In this document: piece by piece, positions 40,368 through 51,529 of the stretch | Numbering within the stretch: position 1 is the first letter of the stretch | How the letters are laid out: every line of letters begins with the position of its first letter | Assembly: GCA_963697895.1 (NCBI GenBank) | Contig: OY969100.1 | Location: 1,344,001-1,408,000, forward strand | Length of the DNA stretch: 64,000 bases | Direction: 5' to 3' | Source of the DNA: an uncultured Methanomicrobiales archaeon | GTDB lineage: Archaea > Halobacteriota > Methanomicrobia > Methanomicrobiales > Methanospirillaceae | Notes under the pieces: generated by a model | Told to the model about the DNA's origin: nothing | Databases searched by the model: none | The model's input: only the letters and a program-made list of their open reading frames with translations | Translations under genes and position numbers: made by a program

Positions 40368-43300
40368 TGACCTTTATCCCGGTGACGAGCGTGCTCTTGT
40401 CCGCCCGGAGCGTGACCCCCATGATCCGGTCGGCACCCTCGATCATCGGTTTCCGGAGCGAGACGGTAATGAACTGCGACGTCGTGGCAAGCTCCCTGAT
40501 CATGTGTGCGATCCGCTCGGCATTCGTCCCGTCGAGCGACATATCGATCTCGTCCAGTGCATAGAACGGTGCAGGGATATACTGCTGGATCGAGAAGATG
40601 AAGGCCAGGGTGGTCAGGGATTTCTCCCCGCCGGAGAGCGCGGAGAGGAGGTGGACCGTTTTGTCCCGGGGCTGGACCGCAAACGTCATTCCCCCGGCGA
40701 ACGGGTCTTCTTCATTCTCGAGGACCAGATGTCCGTTCCCGTCCGTGAGCCGGGCAAAAATCTCCCGGAAGTTCCCGTCGATCGCCCTGAATGCGGACAT
40801 GAACGCCTCGTATTTCATCTGTGCATATTTTTCGATCCGCTCGATGATCGTGGCACGTTCCCGGGAGAGGACCTCCTTCTTCCCGGTCCGTTCGGAGACC
40901 CGCTGTTCCACCCGCTCATACTCCTCGATCGCGAGCATGTTGACGGCACCGATCTTCTTCATCGCCAGGGTCGCCTCGAGGATCCGGTCCTCGATCTCCT
41001 GGCTGGTAAGATCGGTGTCGACATCGCCCACCTGTTGGCGGAGCGCCTCGATCTCCTGCGCAAGGGTCTTTTCCCGCTCCTGGAGCGCGGTGATCTGGAG
41101 CTGGATCCGTTCCTTCATGACGTCGTGCTCGAGGATCCGCCGTTCTGATTCCTGGATCTGGCCGGCGACTTCGTCGTGCCGGGCACGGAGACCTTCGAGC
41201 TCTCCCGAGAACTCCTTTTGCCGCTCCTCTATCTGGCCGATCCGTGCCCTGCTCTCCTCGATCTGCTGGCGGGCCGAAACGACCTCCCCTTCGATCTGCT
41301 GGATCAGCGCCTGGATCCGCTCCCGTTCCGCGGATAGTTCCTCGACCCGCTTGGTAAAGTGTTGCCGCTCCCGCTGCAGTTCGGTGATGTCAGACTCCTT
41401 GTTCCGGAGCCGGCGTTCGACATCTTCCGCCTCACGCTTCTTCTTCTCGAGCTGGTCGGAAAGGGCAGGGATGTCGGTCCCTTCCAGCCGTTTCTTGATC
41501 CGCGTGACTTCGTCGGTCAACCGATTGATCTCCGTGGTTTCTTTGTCGAGCTTATCCTCGAGGGCCGCCAGATCCGATGAGCCAGTTTTCACCTCCCCAT
41601 CGAGTAGCTCCAGTGCCCGGTTCAACGACTCCTCTTCGTCCGAGAGCCCTTTGCACTGGCGGTTATATTCTTCGATCATCATGCGGTACCGCTCGATCTG
41701 CTGCTCGATACTCCCGCGTCTGGAACGCTCCGAAGAATTCTCTCCCTGCATCCGCTCTACCGCCGCAGCAAGCTCTTCCACCTCCTGCTGCACGCCCGCG
41801 AGGTGTTCCCGCACCCGGCCGATCTCGTCCCCGACCTCCGCACCGAATCCCCGGACGGTCTTTTTAAAGGAACCGCCGGTCATCGCGCCACTCTTTTCGA
41901 GGAGCTCCCCTTCAAGGGTGACCATCCGGTACCGGCCCATCATCCGCCGGGCCTGGTCGAGACCGGAGAGTACAAGGGTACCGCCGAAGACCACGCCGAA
42001 TGCATCGGTGAAACGGGTATCGAAGGAGAGGAGACGGAGTGCATAATCGACCACCCCGTCCTCCTTCACCTCCGGCAGCTGGATCTTCCGGAGCTTGTTT
42101 AAGGGAAGGAAAGTCGCCCTCCCGAGTTTCTGCTCCTTAAGGAATCCGATCGCACGGGATGCGACCGTGTCGTCCTCGACCACGACGTAGTGCAGTTTTC
42201 CTCCGGCGGCAACATTTAATGCGGTCGTATACTCCGGCGGGGCCTTTCCGAGCTGGGCAATCGTTCCGTGGACACCGTCCATACCGAGGACCGCCTCCAG
42301 AGCGCGGCCACCGGTCTCACCCCGTGCCTGCTGGAGGGCCTCGAGCCGGACGATCTCCTGTTCGAGCCCTTTTTGTTCGCCCCTGGCCCGCTCGAGGGTT
42401 TCACGGTGGGCGAAGAGCTCGCTCTCGAACGCCGAGAGGGAACGGTCGAGTTCCTTATGGTCCCGCTCCAGTCCATGGAGATTCCGTTCGATCTCGTCGA
42501 TCTGCTTCTTCTTCTCAAGCACCGCTCCCGATATTTCCGAAATCCTCTCTTCCATCCGTTCCCGTTCGGAACTCCGCATCCGGCTTTTTTCCAGGAGAAG
42601 ATCCTGCTCGCGGAGGATCGCGGACCGGTCGGCCTTCCGCTCCTCCACCTCCCTGAGAAAAGAAAAGAGTCGTTCCCTGGCGCCTTCGGTGTCTTTGCTC
42701 TCCCGGGTGATCTGGAGTTCCAGCTTCTCCACCTGGGCCCGGACGGTCGCCGCCTCCATCGAGAGGTTGGTCCGGTCGATCGAGAGGTTCCGTATGGCGT
42801 CGGTGCATTCGGTTACGCGGGACTCGGCACGTTTCGCATCCGTGTAGATGCGGTTCATTGCTTCGAGATTTACCTCCTTATCCCGCTGGAAACGAAGAAT
42901 CGCCTGCTCTGACAGTTTGATCGTACTCTTCGTCTCCTCGAGCTCGGCGATCAGTTTCAGGTACTCCGCCCCGCTCTTTTGCTGGATCTGTTGATCGATC
43001 TCCCGGAGGTCTGCCCGGAGATATGAGAGTTCATTCTCCTCGAGGCTCCGGTCGGAGAGAACCCGCTCGCACTCGATCTGTTGATCCGCGACGAGCCGGT
43101 TCAGGCCGGCGAGCTCCCGTTCCTGGTCATGCAGGCGTGCCGCGTTCCGACATGCCTGGAAAAAGGTGAGTTTCTCCTCCCATTGCTGGTAGATGAGTGC
43201 CTGCTCCCGTTCGGTACGGAGCTCGGATAACCGCGTATTCAGTTCCCGGAGGATCAGCTCTTCCCGTTCGATCCGTTCGCGCACTACCTCGAGTTCGGAG

Positions 43301-43800
43301 AGCGCCTGCTCCTTCTTGGAATCAAACTCGGCGACCCCGGCGATCTCATCGATGATCTTCCTTCGCTCAAAATCACTCATCTCGATGATACGGGTGATAT
43401 CCCCCTGCATCACCACGTTATATCCGTGGGGTTTGATCCCGTGCCGGGCGAGGAATTCTATGATCTCGGTCTGCTTGCAGAGGCGGTCGTTCAGATAGTT
43501 ATAACTGTAGTATCCACTGGGCGTCCGGCGGATTCTTCTCCGCATCTTTGTCCCGTCCGAGAAGGTGAGGGAGACCTCGGCAGTATGCTTCCCTGAGTTC
43601 AGGTTGATCAGGTCGGTCAGCTTCTCCGCACGAAGACTCCTCGACCCCGAGAGCGCGAGTACAAAAAGGATACTATCGATGATATTGCTCTTGCCGGAAC
43701 CATTCGGGCCGGAGATGACGGAAAATCCCTCGTAGAAGGGGATTTTGACTTTTTTTACAAATGATTTGAAATTATCGATCTCCAGCTCGGTGATGTACAA
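40360..43800 (-). CDS. smc: chromosome segregation protein SMC
   Basis: NFKSF, Walker A GPNGSGKSN, hinge GRATFLPL / GAMTGG, signature LSGGEKS, Walker B LDEID; long coiled coils. Confidence 0.97.
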   Translation of the reverse strand: MYITELEIDNFKSFVKKVKIPFYEGFSVISGPNGSGKSNIIDSILFVLALSGSRSLRAEKLTDLINLNSGKHTAEVSLTFSDGTKMRRRIRRTPSGYYSYNYLNDRLCKQTEIIEFLARHGIKPHGYNVVMQGDITRIIEMSDFERRKIIDEIAGVAEFDSKKEQALSELEVVRERIEREELILRELNTRLSELRTEREQALIYQQWEEKLTFFQACRNAARLHDQERELAGLNRLVADQQIECERVLSDRSLEENELSYLRADLREIDQQIQQKSGAEYLKLIAELEETKSTIKLSEQAILRFQRDKEVNLEAMNRIYTDAKRAESRVTECTDAIRNLSIDRTNLSMEAATVRAQVEKLELQITRESKDTEGARERLFSFLREVEERKADRSAILREQDLLLEKSRMRSSERERMEERISEISGAVLEKKKQIDEIERNLHGLERDHKELDRSLSAFESELFAHRETLERARGEQKGLEQEIVRLEALQQARGETGGRALEAVLGMDGVHGTIAQLGKAPPEYTTALNVAAGGKLHYVVVEDDTVASRAIGFLKEQKLGRATFLPLNKLRKIQLPEVKEDGVVDYALRLLSFDTRFTDAFGVVFGGTLVLSGLDQARRMMGRYRMVTLEGELLEKSGAMTGGSFKKTVRGFGAEVGDEIGRVREHLAGVQQEVEELAAAVERMQGENSSERSRRGSIEQQIERYRMMIEEYNRQCKGLSDEEESLNRALELLDGEVKTGSSDLAALEDKLDKETTEINRLTDEVTRIKKRLEGTDIPALSDQLEKKKREAEDVERRLRNKESDITELQRERQHFTKRVEELSAERERIQALIQQIEGEVVSARQQIEESRARIGQIEERQKEFSGELEGLRARHDEVAGQIQESERRILEHDVMKERIQLQITALQEREKTLAQEIEALRQQVGDVDTDLTSQEIEDRILEATLAMKKIGAVNMLAIEEYERVEQRVSERTGKKEVLSRERATIIERIEKYAQMKYEAFMSAFRAIDGNFREIFARLTDGNGHLVLENEEDPFAGGMTFAVQPRDKTVHLLSALSGGEKSLTTLAFIFSIQQYIPAPFYALDEIDMSLDGTNAERIAHMIRELATTSQFITVSLRKPMIEGADRIMGVTLRADKSTLVTGIKVNG

Positions 43801-43812
43801 AGATCAGTTCCC

Positions 43813-44286
43813 CTATTCTTTCTTGGCGGAAGGGCTCTTTTCCTCATCTTCTGCGACGATCAGGTTGTCCTTCCGTTTGGTGTCACCGACACTCCCTTTC
43901 TTCTTTGAATATCCTGCGGATGCGACGACGTACTCGCCCCCGGCCTTTCTCTTCTCCGGTTTCAGCGTCCCGTCGGTCTGCATGATCATCTCCATCGGTT
44001 CTTCCTTCGGTGGTTCCGGCGCCCGTGGTGTGCTCGCGACCGATCCTTTCTTCTGCATCACGACCGTCCCGGACGGGGTCCCTCCCAGGACAGGCTTTAC
44101 CGTCTTGAGCTCCTGACGCCGTTCCTCCGATACCTTGTTGAGGCGCATGGCGATCGACTTGAGGTCCAGCAGTTCCTCCGTCAGGCCCTTTACCAGTGCA
44201 TCCATATCCTTCATCTTCCGCTCCAGTGCGGTAATCCGATCTTCAGGTGTTCCCGGGTTCATATCTTTATCCTTCACAATCTCCAT
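43813..44286 (-). CDS. coiled-coil hypothetical protein directly upstream of smc
   Basis: RITALERKMKDMDALVKGLTEELLDLK; 12 bp from the smc start. Confidence 0.8.
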   Translation of the reverse strand: MEIVKDKDMNPGTPEDRITALERKMKDMDALVKGLTEELLDLKSIAMRLNKVSEERRQELKTVKPVLGGTPSGTVVMQKKGSVASTPRAPEPPKEEPMEMIMQTDGTLKPEKRKAGGEYVVASAGYSKKKGSVGDTKRKDNLIVAEDEEKSPSAKKE

Positions 44287-44609
44287 TCTGTTCTCCTTGT
44301 CAGTGCTCCCATCCGCTGATGTGGATTTCCGGCATCATCCGCCATCATCTGCACTTAATAATCATCATGGGGCGTATCCACATAATAATTGTGTCGCTCC
44401 GGGCAGGAGAGAAACGAACCGCACGTTTTTTTCTATTTTCTTATCCCGCACGGCAAACCCCCGGGAAGCTGTCCGTTCACCTGATCCATTCAACACCGGT
44501 AAAAATCCGCGGCGTACGCATGCATACGGAAAGAGGAAGAAGGGCGGCGTTCCTTCGTACCAAGGGGACGGAGAAAAAGTATTACCTGATCACGACGACT
44601 TTTTAGTAT

Positions 44610-45848
44610 ATGTCCTATCTGGCCGCAACCGATCCGGAAATCGCCGATATCATTGAGAAAGAGCGCCTGCGCCAGCAGAACGGGCTGGAAATGATCGCAT
44701 CGGAGAACCTCGTCTCAAAGGCGGTCCTGGAGGCGATGGGGTCGATCATGACCAACAAATATGCGGAAGGATATCCGGGGAAACGGTACTATGGCGGATG
44801 CGAGTTCTATGATATGGCAGAGAACCTGGCACGGGATCGCCTGAAGCAGCTCTTCGGGGCAGAACATGCCAATGTCCAGCCCCATTCCGGCACCCAGGCA
44901 AATATGGCGGTATATTTCGGGTTCATGAACCTCGGGGAGACCCTGATGAGCATGAAACTCACCGAGGGGGGGCATCTCTCGCACGGATCTCCGGTCAGTT
45001 TCACCGGGCAGTTCTATCGTGTCGTCCAGTACGGGGTCGATCCGGAGACGGAGGTCCTCGATTACGGGGTCATCGAGGAGCAGGCAAGGAAAGAAAAACC
45101 CCGGATCCTGGTCTGCGGTGCCTCGGCATACCCGCGGACGATCGATTTTCGGGCGTTCCAGGAGATTGCCGATGAGGTGGGTGCATACTGCATGGCGGAT
45201 ATCGCCCATATCGCAGGTCTCTGTGCGACCGGTGTACACCCGAACTCGGTCGGGGTGACCAACTTCACCACGACGACCACCCATAAGACCCTCCGGGGAC
45301 CCCGGGGCGGAGCGATCATGTGCAATACCGAATATGCTCCGGCGATCGACAAGGCGGTCTTCCCGGGTATGCAGGGGGGGCCGCTCATGCATACGATCAC
45401 GGCAAAAGCGGTCTGTTTCGAGGAAGCGCTCCGGCCTTCATTCAGGGACTACAATATGCAGATCGTGAAGAACGCGAAAGTTCTCGCGGGGACCCTCCAG
45501 GATGAGGGACTCCGGCTCGTCTCGGGCGGCACCGACAACCACCTCATTCTCCTTGACCTGACCGGACAGGGGATAACCGGGCTTGAAGCGGAGAAGGCGC
45601 TGGGGAAGGCTTGTATCACCGTCAACAAGAATACCATACCGAACGAGACGAAGAGCCCGTTCGTGACGAGCGGGCTCCGTATCGGCACTCCGGCGATCAC
45701 CACCCGGGGCATGAAGGATGCGGAGATGCGCCAGATCGGACGATGGATCGCCCACATCATCAAAAATATCCATGATGACACGGCAATACACCGGATCGGC
45801 AGCGAAGTGCAGGCAATGGCAGGCAGATATCCCCTCTATCCTGAGTGA
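44610..45848 (+). CDS. glyA: serine hydroxymethyltransferase (bacterial-type, THF-dependent)
   Basis: [49 protein letters not shown]. Confidence 0.97.
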   Translation: MSYLAATDPEIADIIEKERLRQQNGLEMIASENLVSKAVLEAMGSIMTNKYAEGYPGKRYYGGCEFYDMAENLARDRLKQLFGAEHANVQPHSGTQANMAVYFGFMNLGETLMSMKLTEGGHLSHGSPVSFTGQFYRVVQYGVDPETEVLDYGVIEEQARKEKPRILVCGASAYPRTIDFRAFQEIADEVGAYCMADIAHIAGLCATGVHPNSVGVTNFTTTTTHKTLRGPRGGAIMCNTEYAPAIDKAVFPGMQGGPLMHTITAKAVCFEEALRPSFRDYNMQIVKNAKVLAGTLQDEGLRLVSGGTDNHLILLDLTGQGITGLEAEKALGKACITVNKNTIPNETKSPFVTSGLRIGTPAITTRGMKDAEMRQIGRWIAHIIKNIHDDTAIHRIGSEVQAMAGRYPLYPE

Positions 45849-45849
45849 C

Positions 45850-46692
45850 ATGATCCTCGATGGCAGGCAGGTATCGGAACAACGACTGGAACTCCTCGGG
45901 GAAGACATCCGGGAGTCGGGTCTCTATCCCCGGCTGGCGACGCTCATTGTCGGGGAAGACCCGGCATCGGAGATGTACGTCCGGATGAAGCACCGTGCAT
46001 GCGAGCGGGTCGGAATCGGGTCTGTCGCACTCTCCCTTCCGGCAGATGCTTCCACGGCGAAGGTCCTGGAGAAGATCGACTGCCTGAACAGCGATACTGA
46101 CATCCATGGAATACTCGTCCAGCTCCCGCTTCCTCCGCAGGTGGACACCGACCGGGTGATCAGATCGGTGTCCCCGGAAAAAGATGTGGACGGGTTTCAT
46201 CCCTATAACCTGGGTCGCCTCTTCTCCGGCAGGCCGGCATTCGTTCCCGCCACACCCGGAGGGATCATGACCCTCCTGGATGCATATCATATCGCGATTG
46301 CCGGAAAGGAGGCTGTGGTTGTAGGCCGGAGCATCGAGGTAGGTCGTCCCATGGCCGCACTTCTCCTGAACCGGGATGCCACGGTCACGTGCTGCCACAG
46401 CAAGACCCTGGAGCTGGACCGGCATCTCCGGTCAGCAGAGATCCTGGTGAGCGCAGTCGGGAAGGCCGCATTCATCGGACCAGACCAGGTGAGGCCGGGA
46501 GCGATCGTGATCGATGTCGGGATAAGTCACGTTGGAGGAAAACTCTGTGGGGATGTCGATTTTGAACGGGTCCGGACGGTGGCGGGCGCAATCACCCCGG
46601 TGCCCGGCGGAGTTGGACCGATGACCATCGCGACCCTCATGGAAAATACGTATAAGGCCGCACGCTCCTTCTCATGCACCGGTGCACTGTAA
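45850..46692 (+). CDS. folD: bifunctional methylene-THF dehydrogenase/cyclohydrolase
   Basis: Start MILDGRQVS at 45850; [37 protein letters not shown]. Confidence 0.95.
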   Translation: MILDGRQVSEQRLELLGEDIRESGLYPRLATLIVGEDPASEMYVRMKHRACERVGIGSVALSLPADASTAKVLEKIDCLNSDTDIHGILVQLPLPPQVDTDRVIRSVSPEKDVDGFHPYNLGRLFSGRPAFVPATPGGIMTLLDAYHIAIAGKEAVVVGRSIEVGRPMAALLLNRDATVTCCHSKTLELDRHLRSAEILVSAVGKAAFIGPDQVRPGAIVIDVGISHVGGKLCGDVDFERVRTVAGAITPVPGGVGPMTIATLMENTYKAARSFSCTGAL

Positions 46693-47486
46693 ATAAGAGA
46701 GTTATCGGGAGGGGATCGCCCCCCCTGGTGATGGGGGTGATCAACTGCAGCCCGGAATCATTCTACAAGGGTTCCTATGTCTCCTCCGATCGCGTCCATG
46801 CCGAGGCGTCCCGCATGGTTGAACAAGGGGCAGAAATCATCGATATCGGTGCGCGGAGCACGGCTCCGGGTGCACCTCCTATCAGCCCGGCGGAAGAAGC
46901 GGAGCGCATGCACCATGCCCTTGCAGAGCTCGACGGGAGCGGGATTACCGTATCGGTAGATACCCTGTACCGGGAAGTGCTCGCGGAATGTCTCTCGCAC
47001 GAAATTCACGCGATCAACGATATCAGTGGGCTGGCCGATCCGGTCTATGCAGAACTCGCTGCTGCTTCCGGTCTTCCCGTGTTCGTCATGGCTTCGCGGT
47101 CGGTCCCGGGGGACGCCAGGAGCCTTGAGGAGACGTTCTCATATCTTTCTCTGGGGGTATCGCGGTGTGAAGGAGCGGGTATCCGGGAGTACGTGCTCGA
47201 CCCAGGAATCGGGCTCTGGACTCTGGAACGGAGCACCGCGTTAGACTGGGAGCTCTGCCGGCATTTTATGGAGTTTGCCCGTTTTGACCGGCCGCTCCTT
47301 GCGGCAGTTTCGCGAAAGACGTTCCTCGGGAACCTGACCGGAAAACCTCCGGAACTGAGGCTGGCCGCAACCCTCGCCCTGACCGCGATCCTTCTGTCGC
47401 AGGGTGCCGATGTTATCCGGACCCACGATGTTGCGGAAACACAGGATGTTATCCGCGTGTATAAAGAAATGGAGCCGCAGAGATGA
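46674..47486 (+). CDS. folP: dihydropteroate synthase
   Basis: [53 protein letters not shown]. Confidence 0.92.
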   Translation: MHRCTVNKRVIGRGSPPLVMGVINCSPESFYKGSYVSSDRVHAEASRMVEQGAEIIDIGARSTAPGAPPISPAEEAERMHHALAELDGSGITVSVDTLYREVLAECLSHEIHAINDISGLADPVYAELAAASGLPVFVMASRSVPGDARSLEETFSYLSLGVSRCEGAGIREYVLDPGIGLWTLERSTALDWELCRHFMEFARFDRPLLAAVSRKTFLGNLTGKPPELRLAATLALTAILLSQGADVIRTHDVAETQDVIRVYKEMEPQR

Positions 47487-48250
47487 CCGTGGAGTTCTGC
47501 GTTTATGGCATCCGGACCGGTATTATCCGGGAGGGTGATCCGATCGTAACTGCCCTTCTGGAAGGCATCTCACGGTCCGGAGCAGCGGGATTCAGGGACG
47601 GGGATGTCGTGGTGCTCGCCGAGACCGCGGTGGCAACTGCCGAAAGATCGGTCGTCAATCTCGGGTCCGTGGTCCCCGGCGGAGAATCTATCCGGCTCGG
47701 AGAGCGGTATGGCATCGATCCCCGGCTGGTCGAGGTGGTGGCCCGTGAGAGTGATGAGGTGGTCGGCGGGATCCCAGGCCACCTGCTCTGCATGAAAGGC
47801 GGGACGCTCCTCCCCAATGCCGGTGTCGATGTCTCGAACGCCCCTCCGGGCTGCGTGGTCCTCCTCCCGGTCGATCCCGGCCGGAGTGCAGTCGCCATCA
47901 GGAAGGAGATCGCTGCCCGGGCCCACGCACAGGTGGGTGTGATCATCGCGGACAGCAGGACGCACGCGATGCGGTCCGGCTGTTCCGGGGTGGCGATCGG
48001 GTGTGCAGGCATCCCCTCGGTCATCGATGACCGGGGCCGCCCCGACCTGTTTGGAAGGCCGCTCGAGGTGACCAAACAGGCGCTTGCCGACAATATCGCA
48101 TCCGCCGCCGAGATCGTGATGGGAGAGGCGGATGAGTGCACCCCGGCGGCGCTCATCCGTGGGCTCGGTATGCCGATTACGGATGTATCAGGTGTCGAGT
48201 CCATCGATGCGGCAGCATGCCTTTTCATGGGGTTGCTGAAGAAGGACTAA
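47483..48250 (+). CDS. cofE: CofE-family gamma-glutamyl ligase (F420-0:glutamate ligase-like; candidate folylpolyglutamate ligase)
   Basis: GDVVVLAE, PNAGVDVSN, VIIADS, DDRGRPDLFGRPLEVT, ADNIASAA...GEADECTP; ATGA-coupled to folP. Confidence 0.85.
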   Translation: MTVEFCVYGIRTGIIREGDPIVTALLEGISRSGAAGFRDGDVVVLAETAVATAERSVVNLGSVVPGGESIRLGERYGIDPRLVEVVARESDEVVGGIPGHLLCMKGGTLLPNAGVDVSNAPPGCVVLLPVDPGRSAVAIRKEIAARAHAQVGVIIADSRTHAMRSGCSGVAIGCAGIPSVIDDRGRPDLFGRPLEVTKQALADNIASAAEIVMGEADECTPAALIRGLGMPITDVSGVESIDAAACLFMGLLKKD

Positions 48251-48545
48251 TCCGTACATCTGCTCCGGACCACTATCTGCGGATGGTGGATAGCCTCCCG
48301 GTTCTATCACGATCGGTCCCCCCATTTTTGTACGTCTGCACTTCGTGGTTTTCCGGTCTTGAAAACAACCTCATGACCTTTTCTTGCTTTTTATGCCGGA
48401 AATGGAAACGCCGAAGGCTCATACCTATTGAAACGACATGTGAAACTGCCTTTGGGCATTCGGGTACAAAATACATGAGATCGAGAAACGATTTTCACGA
48501 GAAAATTCCTTCCCGCCGATGAGTGTCAGGGGGTAAAGGAAATAT

Positions 48546-49022
48546 TTATTTCAATCCCTGGAGGACTGCGATGACCTCCTCGATATCCGGGACACTATGG
48601 ACCGGGTAGACCTTCGTCCAGACCACCTGCTGCTTCTCATCGACGATGATATTTGCCCGCTCTGAGAACCCGTTCGCATCCCGGAATACCCCATACTGGA
48701 TAGCGACCTTGCCATGCGGCCAGAAATCGGCAAGGAGGCGGGTATGGGAGATACCGAGGTGGTCTGCCCATGCCTTCTTGCACGCGACTGAGTCGACGCT
48801 GATCCCGACCGCGACCGTATTTTCGGCATCCAGTCGCTCCCGGTTCTTCTCGAGATCGGTCATCTGTGCCGCACAGGGCCCTGTCCACGCGAGCGGGTGG
48901 AATGAGAGGAGCGTCCGCTTCCCCGAATTTTCCAGAAGATCGAATGTCCGGTCATTCTGGTCCTTGAGCGAAAAATTCTTTGCCGGATCTCCCGGCTGCA
49001 CCATCCGTGGCTGATCCATCAT
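48546..49022 (-). CDS. peroxiredoxin (AhpC/TSA, AhpE-like)
   Basis: PxxxTxxC motif FHPLAWTGPC, GISVDS, LLADFWPHG, ERANIIVD. Confidence 0.88.
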   Translation of the reverse strand: MMDQPRMVQPGDPAKNFSLKDQNDRTFDLLENSGKRTLLSFHPLAWTGPCAAQMTDLEKNRERLDAENTVAVGISVDSVACKKAWADHLGISHTRLLADFWPHGKVAIQYGVFRDANGFSERANIIVDEKQQVVWTKVYPVHSVPDIEEVIAVLQGLK

Positions 49023-49066
49023 CTCACCCTCATTCCGTTCTTCTCGTCTGGGGGATATCTTTTTTT

Positions 49067-49692
49067 TTATCGTGACCGTTCGACACCCACCCGTCCCTTT
49101 TCTATAGCGAGAGCGAAGCCGAGCGATTCAAGATATCTCCGGCTCTCCCCCGTTCCGTGTATGAGGAGCTCGACCAGGTCTTCCCGCTCATCGACATCGG
49201 TGTGGAGCCGGAACGAATCGATCACCTCGAAGGAGAGTCCGGCCTCGTCCGCGATGCGCAGATGTTTCAGGAAACTGGCCCCGTAATAGTCGACCCGGAA
49301 GCGGGATCCATCCGAGAGGTAGATTGCATTCGTTCCTCCCCCCTCCCCGGCCCGATCGCCATATTCTTCTTCGACCGGATGAGCTGGCGGACCGTTGCCG
49401 CCGTGACGAGGGGAAGGTCGGCCATCATTATCAGGATCGGCCCGCGGGTTCCGGCGAGCACCTCGTTGAGCGATTCGTTCAGGCCGGCGGGATGTATCAC
49501 CACCCGTTCGTCTCCCAGATCGAGCGGTTCCGTCCTCAGGACATACGGATCGCACCCGGCTCCCTGCAGTGCCATGAGTACATCCCCAAGCATCGTCCGT
49601 GCGAAGTGCCTCCGTTCCTGCCCGTCAAGGACTCCGGAGAGACGGCTCTTCGGGTTTCCCGTTTTAAACGGGACCACTGCGGGGAGCGACAT
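49067..49692 (-). CDS. cofC: 2-phospho-L-lactate/PEP guanylyltransferase, split by a 1-bp frameshift near 49340
   Basis: VVPFK...KSRLS, MLGDVL, MADLPL, then GGTNAI...YYGASFLKH...DVDEREDL in another frame. One extra G in the G6 run restores GPGRGGGTNAI. Confidence 0.9.
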
Positions 49693-49817
49693 GATAGGAG
49701 GGTGGAGTGGGGGATGACAAAAAGGAATCGTTCACCCGGGTGAGAAGAGCGGATCGGGAGCTTTCCTGAACTGCAGGATAAGCAACCATATTTCTCGGAT
49801 GGGAGGTAACTCTCTTC

Positions 49818-50807
49818 ATGGATGAGCGGGTCATCACCTTCTCGAGAAATGTCTTTATTCCCCTGACCACGGTCTGCCGGAACCGGTGCCACTACTGCGG
49901 TTTCCGGACCCCGGTGCATGAGGGATGCATCCTGGAGCCGGACCAGGTTCGATCCATACTCAGGGGAGGGGTAAGATCGGGCTGCACCGAGGCGTTATTC
50001 ACCTTCGGGGAACGACCCGGTGACGAACCGGGTTTCTCTCCGCTGCTCTCCCGTCTCGGGTATACGGATATCCTCTCATATTGTTACGATCTCTGCGGGG
50101 ATGCCATTAAAAACGGTCTTCTCCCTCATACCAACGCCGGGGTGCTGTCATACGGGGAGATGGAGCGTCTCCGCGAGGTAAACGCCAGCATGGGGCTGAT
50201 GCTCGAGACGACCGCCTCCGTTCCGGCACATGCAGGCTCCCGGGGGAAGGACCCCTCCGCCCGTATCACCGTGATCGAGGATGCAGGCAGACTCCGCATT
50301 CCTTTCACGACCGGGGTCCTGATCGGGATCGGGGAGACGATGGAGGACCGAGAGGAATCGTTCACCATTATCCGGGATCTTCATCGGAGGTTCCGGCATA
50401 TCCAGGAGGTCATTGTGCAGAATTTTTGTCCCAAACCCGGGACGCTCATGGCCGGCAATCCGGAGATCGACACCGATGAGTTCTGCACCATCATCCGGAT
50501 GGCGCGGGATATTCTCCCGGAGGACGTTTCCGTCCAGATTGCACCGAATCTTGCCGATGCATGCAATCTTATCCCCTGCGGGGTAAACGATCTCGGCGGG
50601 ATATCGCCCCTTACCATCGATTATGTGAACCCGGAACATCCGTGGCCGCAGATGGACCAGCTCCGCGGTATCATCGGCGATCGGGTGCTGCAAGAGCGGC
50701 TCTGTATTTATCCTGAGTTCATCCGGAAGGGATGGTACCCGGAGCAACTGGAACCCCTTATCAGGCACCTCGAACAACAGGTAAGAAACCAGGAAGGATC
50801 TCCGTGA
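49818..50807 (+). CDS. cofG: FO synthase subunit CofG (radical SAM)
   Basis: ITFSRNVFIPLTTVCRNRCHYCGF, GLLPHTNAG, NASMGLMLE, IPFTTG, NDLGGISP...NPEHPWP. Confidence 0.95.
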   Translation: MDERVITFSRNVFIPLTTVCRNRCHYCGFRTPVHEGCILEPDQVRSILRGGVRSGCTEALFTFGERPGDEPGFSPLLSRLGYTDILSYCYDLCGDAIKNGLLPHTNAGVLSYGEMERLREVNASMGLMLETTASVPAHAGSRGKDPSARITVIEDAGRLRIPFTTGVLIGIGETMEDREESFTIIRDLHRRFRHIQEVIVQNFCPKPGTLMAGNPEIDTDEFCTIIRMARDILPEDVSVQIAPNLADACNLIPCGVNDLGGISPLTIDYVNPEHPWPQMDQLRGIIGDRVLQERLCIYPEFIRKGWYPEQLEPLIRHLEQQVRNQEGSP

Positions 50808-51529
50808 AGCAACTTGAGTTGATGAATGCAGGGAAGGCAAAATCGGTGTACCGCACCGATCTTCCGACCGAGCTGGTGATGCAGTTCCGGGACGATATCA
50901 CCGCATTTGACGGAGCAAAAAAGAATGTACTCACCGGCAAGGGGAGGTTCAATGCACAGGTCTCGGCACTTTTCTTCCGGTATCTTGAGTCGAACGGGAT
51001 CCGGACCCATTTCATACGGATGCTTGATGAGCAGACAATGATCGTCCGGGAACTGGAGATGATTCCCCTCGAGGTGATCGTACGGAATATCGCCGCCGGA
51101 TCTCTCGTGAAACAATATCCGTTTACCGAAGGAGAACCCCTGAATCCACCGGTCATCGTCATCGACTACAAAGACGACAAAACCCATGACCCCATGTTAA
51201 ACGACGATCTGATCGTCGCCCTGCATATTCTCGACCATGACGATCTCAACCGGGTAAAGGTCCTTGCCCACCGCATCAACGATCTCCTCTCCGCATTTCT
51301 CATCCGGAGGGGTATCGTGCTCGTGGACTTCAAGCTCGAATTCGGGAGACATGATGGTAAAATATATCTCGGTGACGAGATCAGTATGGATTCCATGCGT
51401 CTCTGGGACAAGGAAACCGGCAGATCCCTCGACAAGGATGTCTACCGGTTCGATAAGGGGGATGTAATCTCGACTTACCGTTTGGTAGCGGAACGAATCC
51501 TTTCATCGCCGCCGGGGGGTGATTCATAA
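50804..51529 (+). CDS. purC: SAICAR synthetase
   Basis: GTG start overlaps the cofG stop; GKAKSVY, FRDDITAFDG, IPLEVIVRNIAAGS, LVDFKLEFG, LDKDVYR. Confidence 0.95.
   Translation: MKQLELMNAGKAKSVYRTDLPTELVMQFRDDITAFDGAKKNVLTGKGRFNAQVSALFFRYLESNGIRTHFIRMLDEQTMIVRELEMIPLEVIVRNIAAGSLVKQYPFTEGEPLNPPVIVIDYKDDKTHDPMLNDDLIVALHILDHDDLNRVKVLAHRINDLLSAFLIRRGIVLVDFKLEFGRHDGKIYLGDEISMDSMRLWDKETGRSLDKDVYRFDKGDVISTYRLVAERILSSPPGGDS

Noticed and set aside
40504-42912. Long plus-strand ORFs (up to 482 aa) antisense to smc, and similar ones opposite the kinase and gltX
   Set aside because: Ser/Arg-rich antisense shadows expected from GC-rich codon usage.
49067-49692. Genuine loss of cofC (and likewise rnj) by pseudogenisation
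   Set aside because: Single homopolymer indels with otherwise intact sequence in genes expected to be needed; assembly error is more likely.
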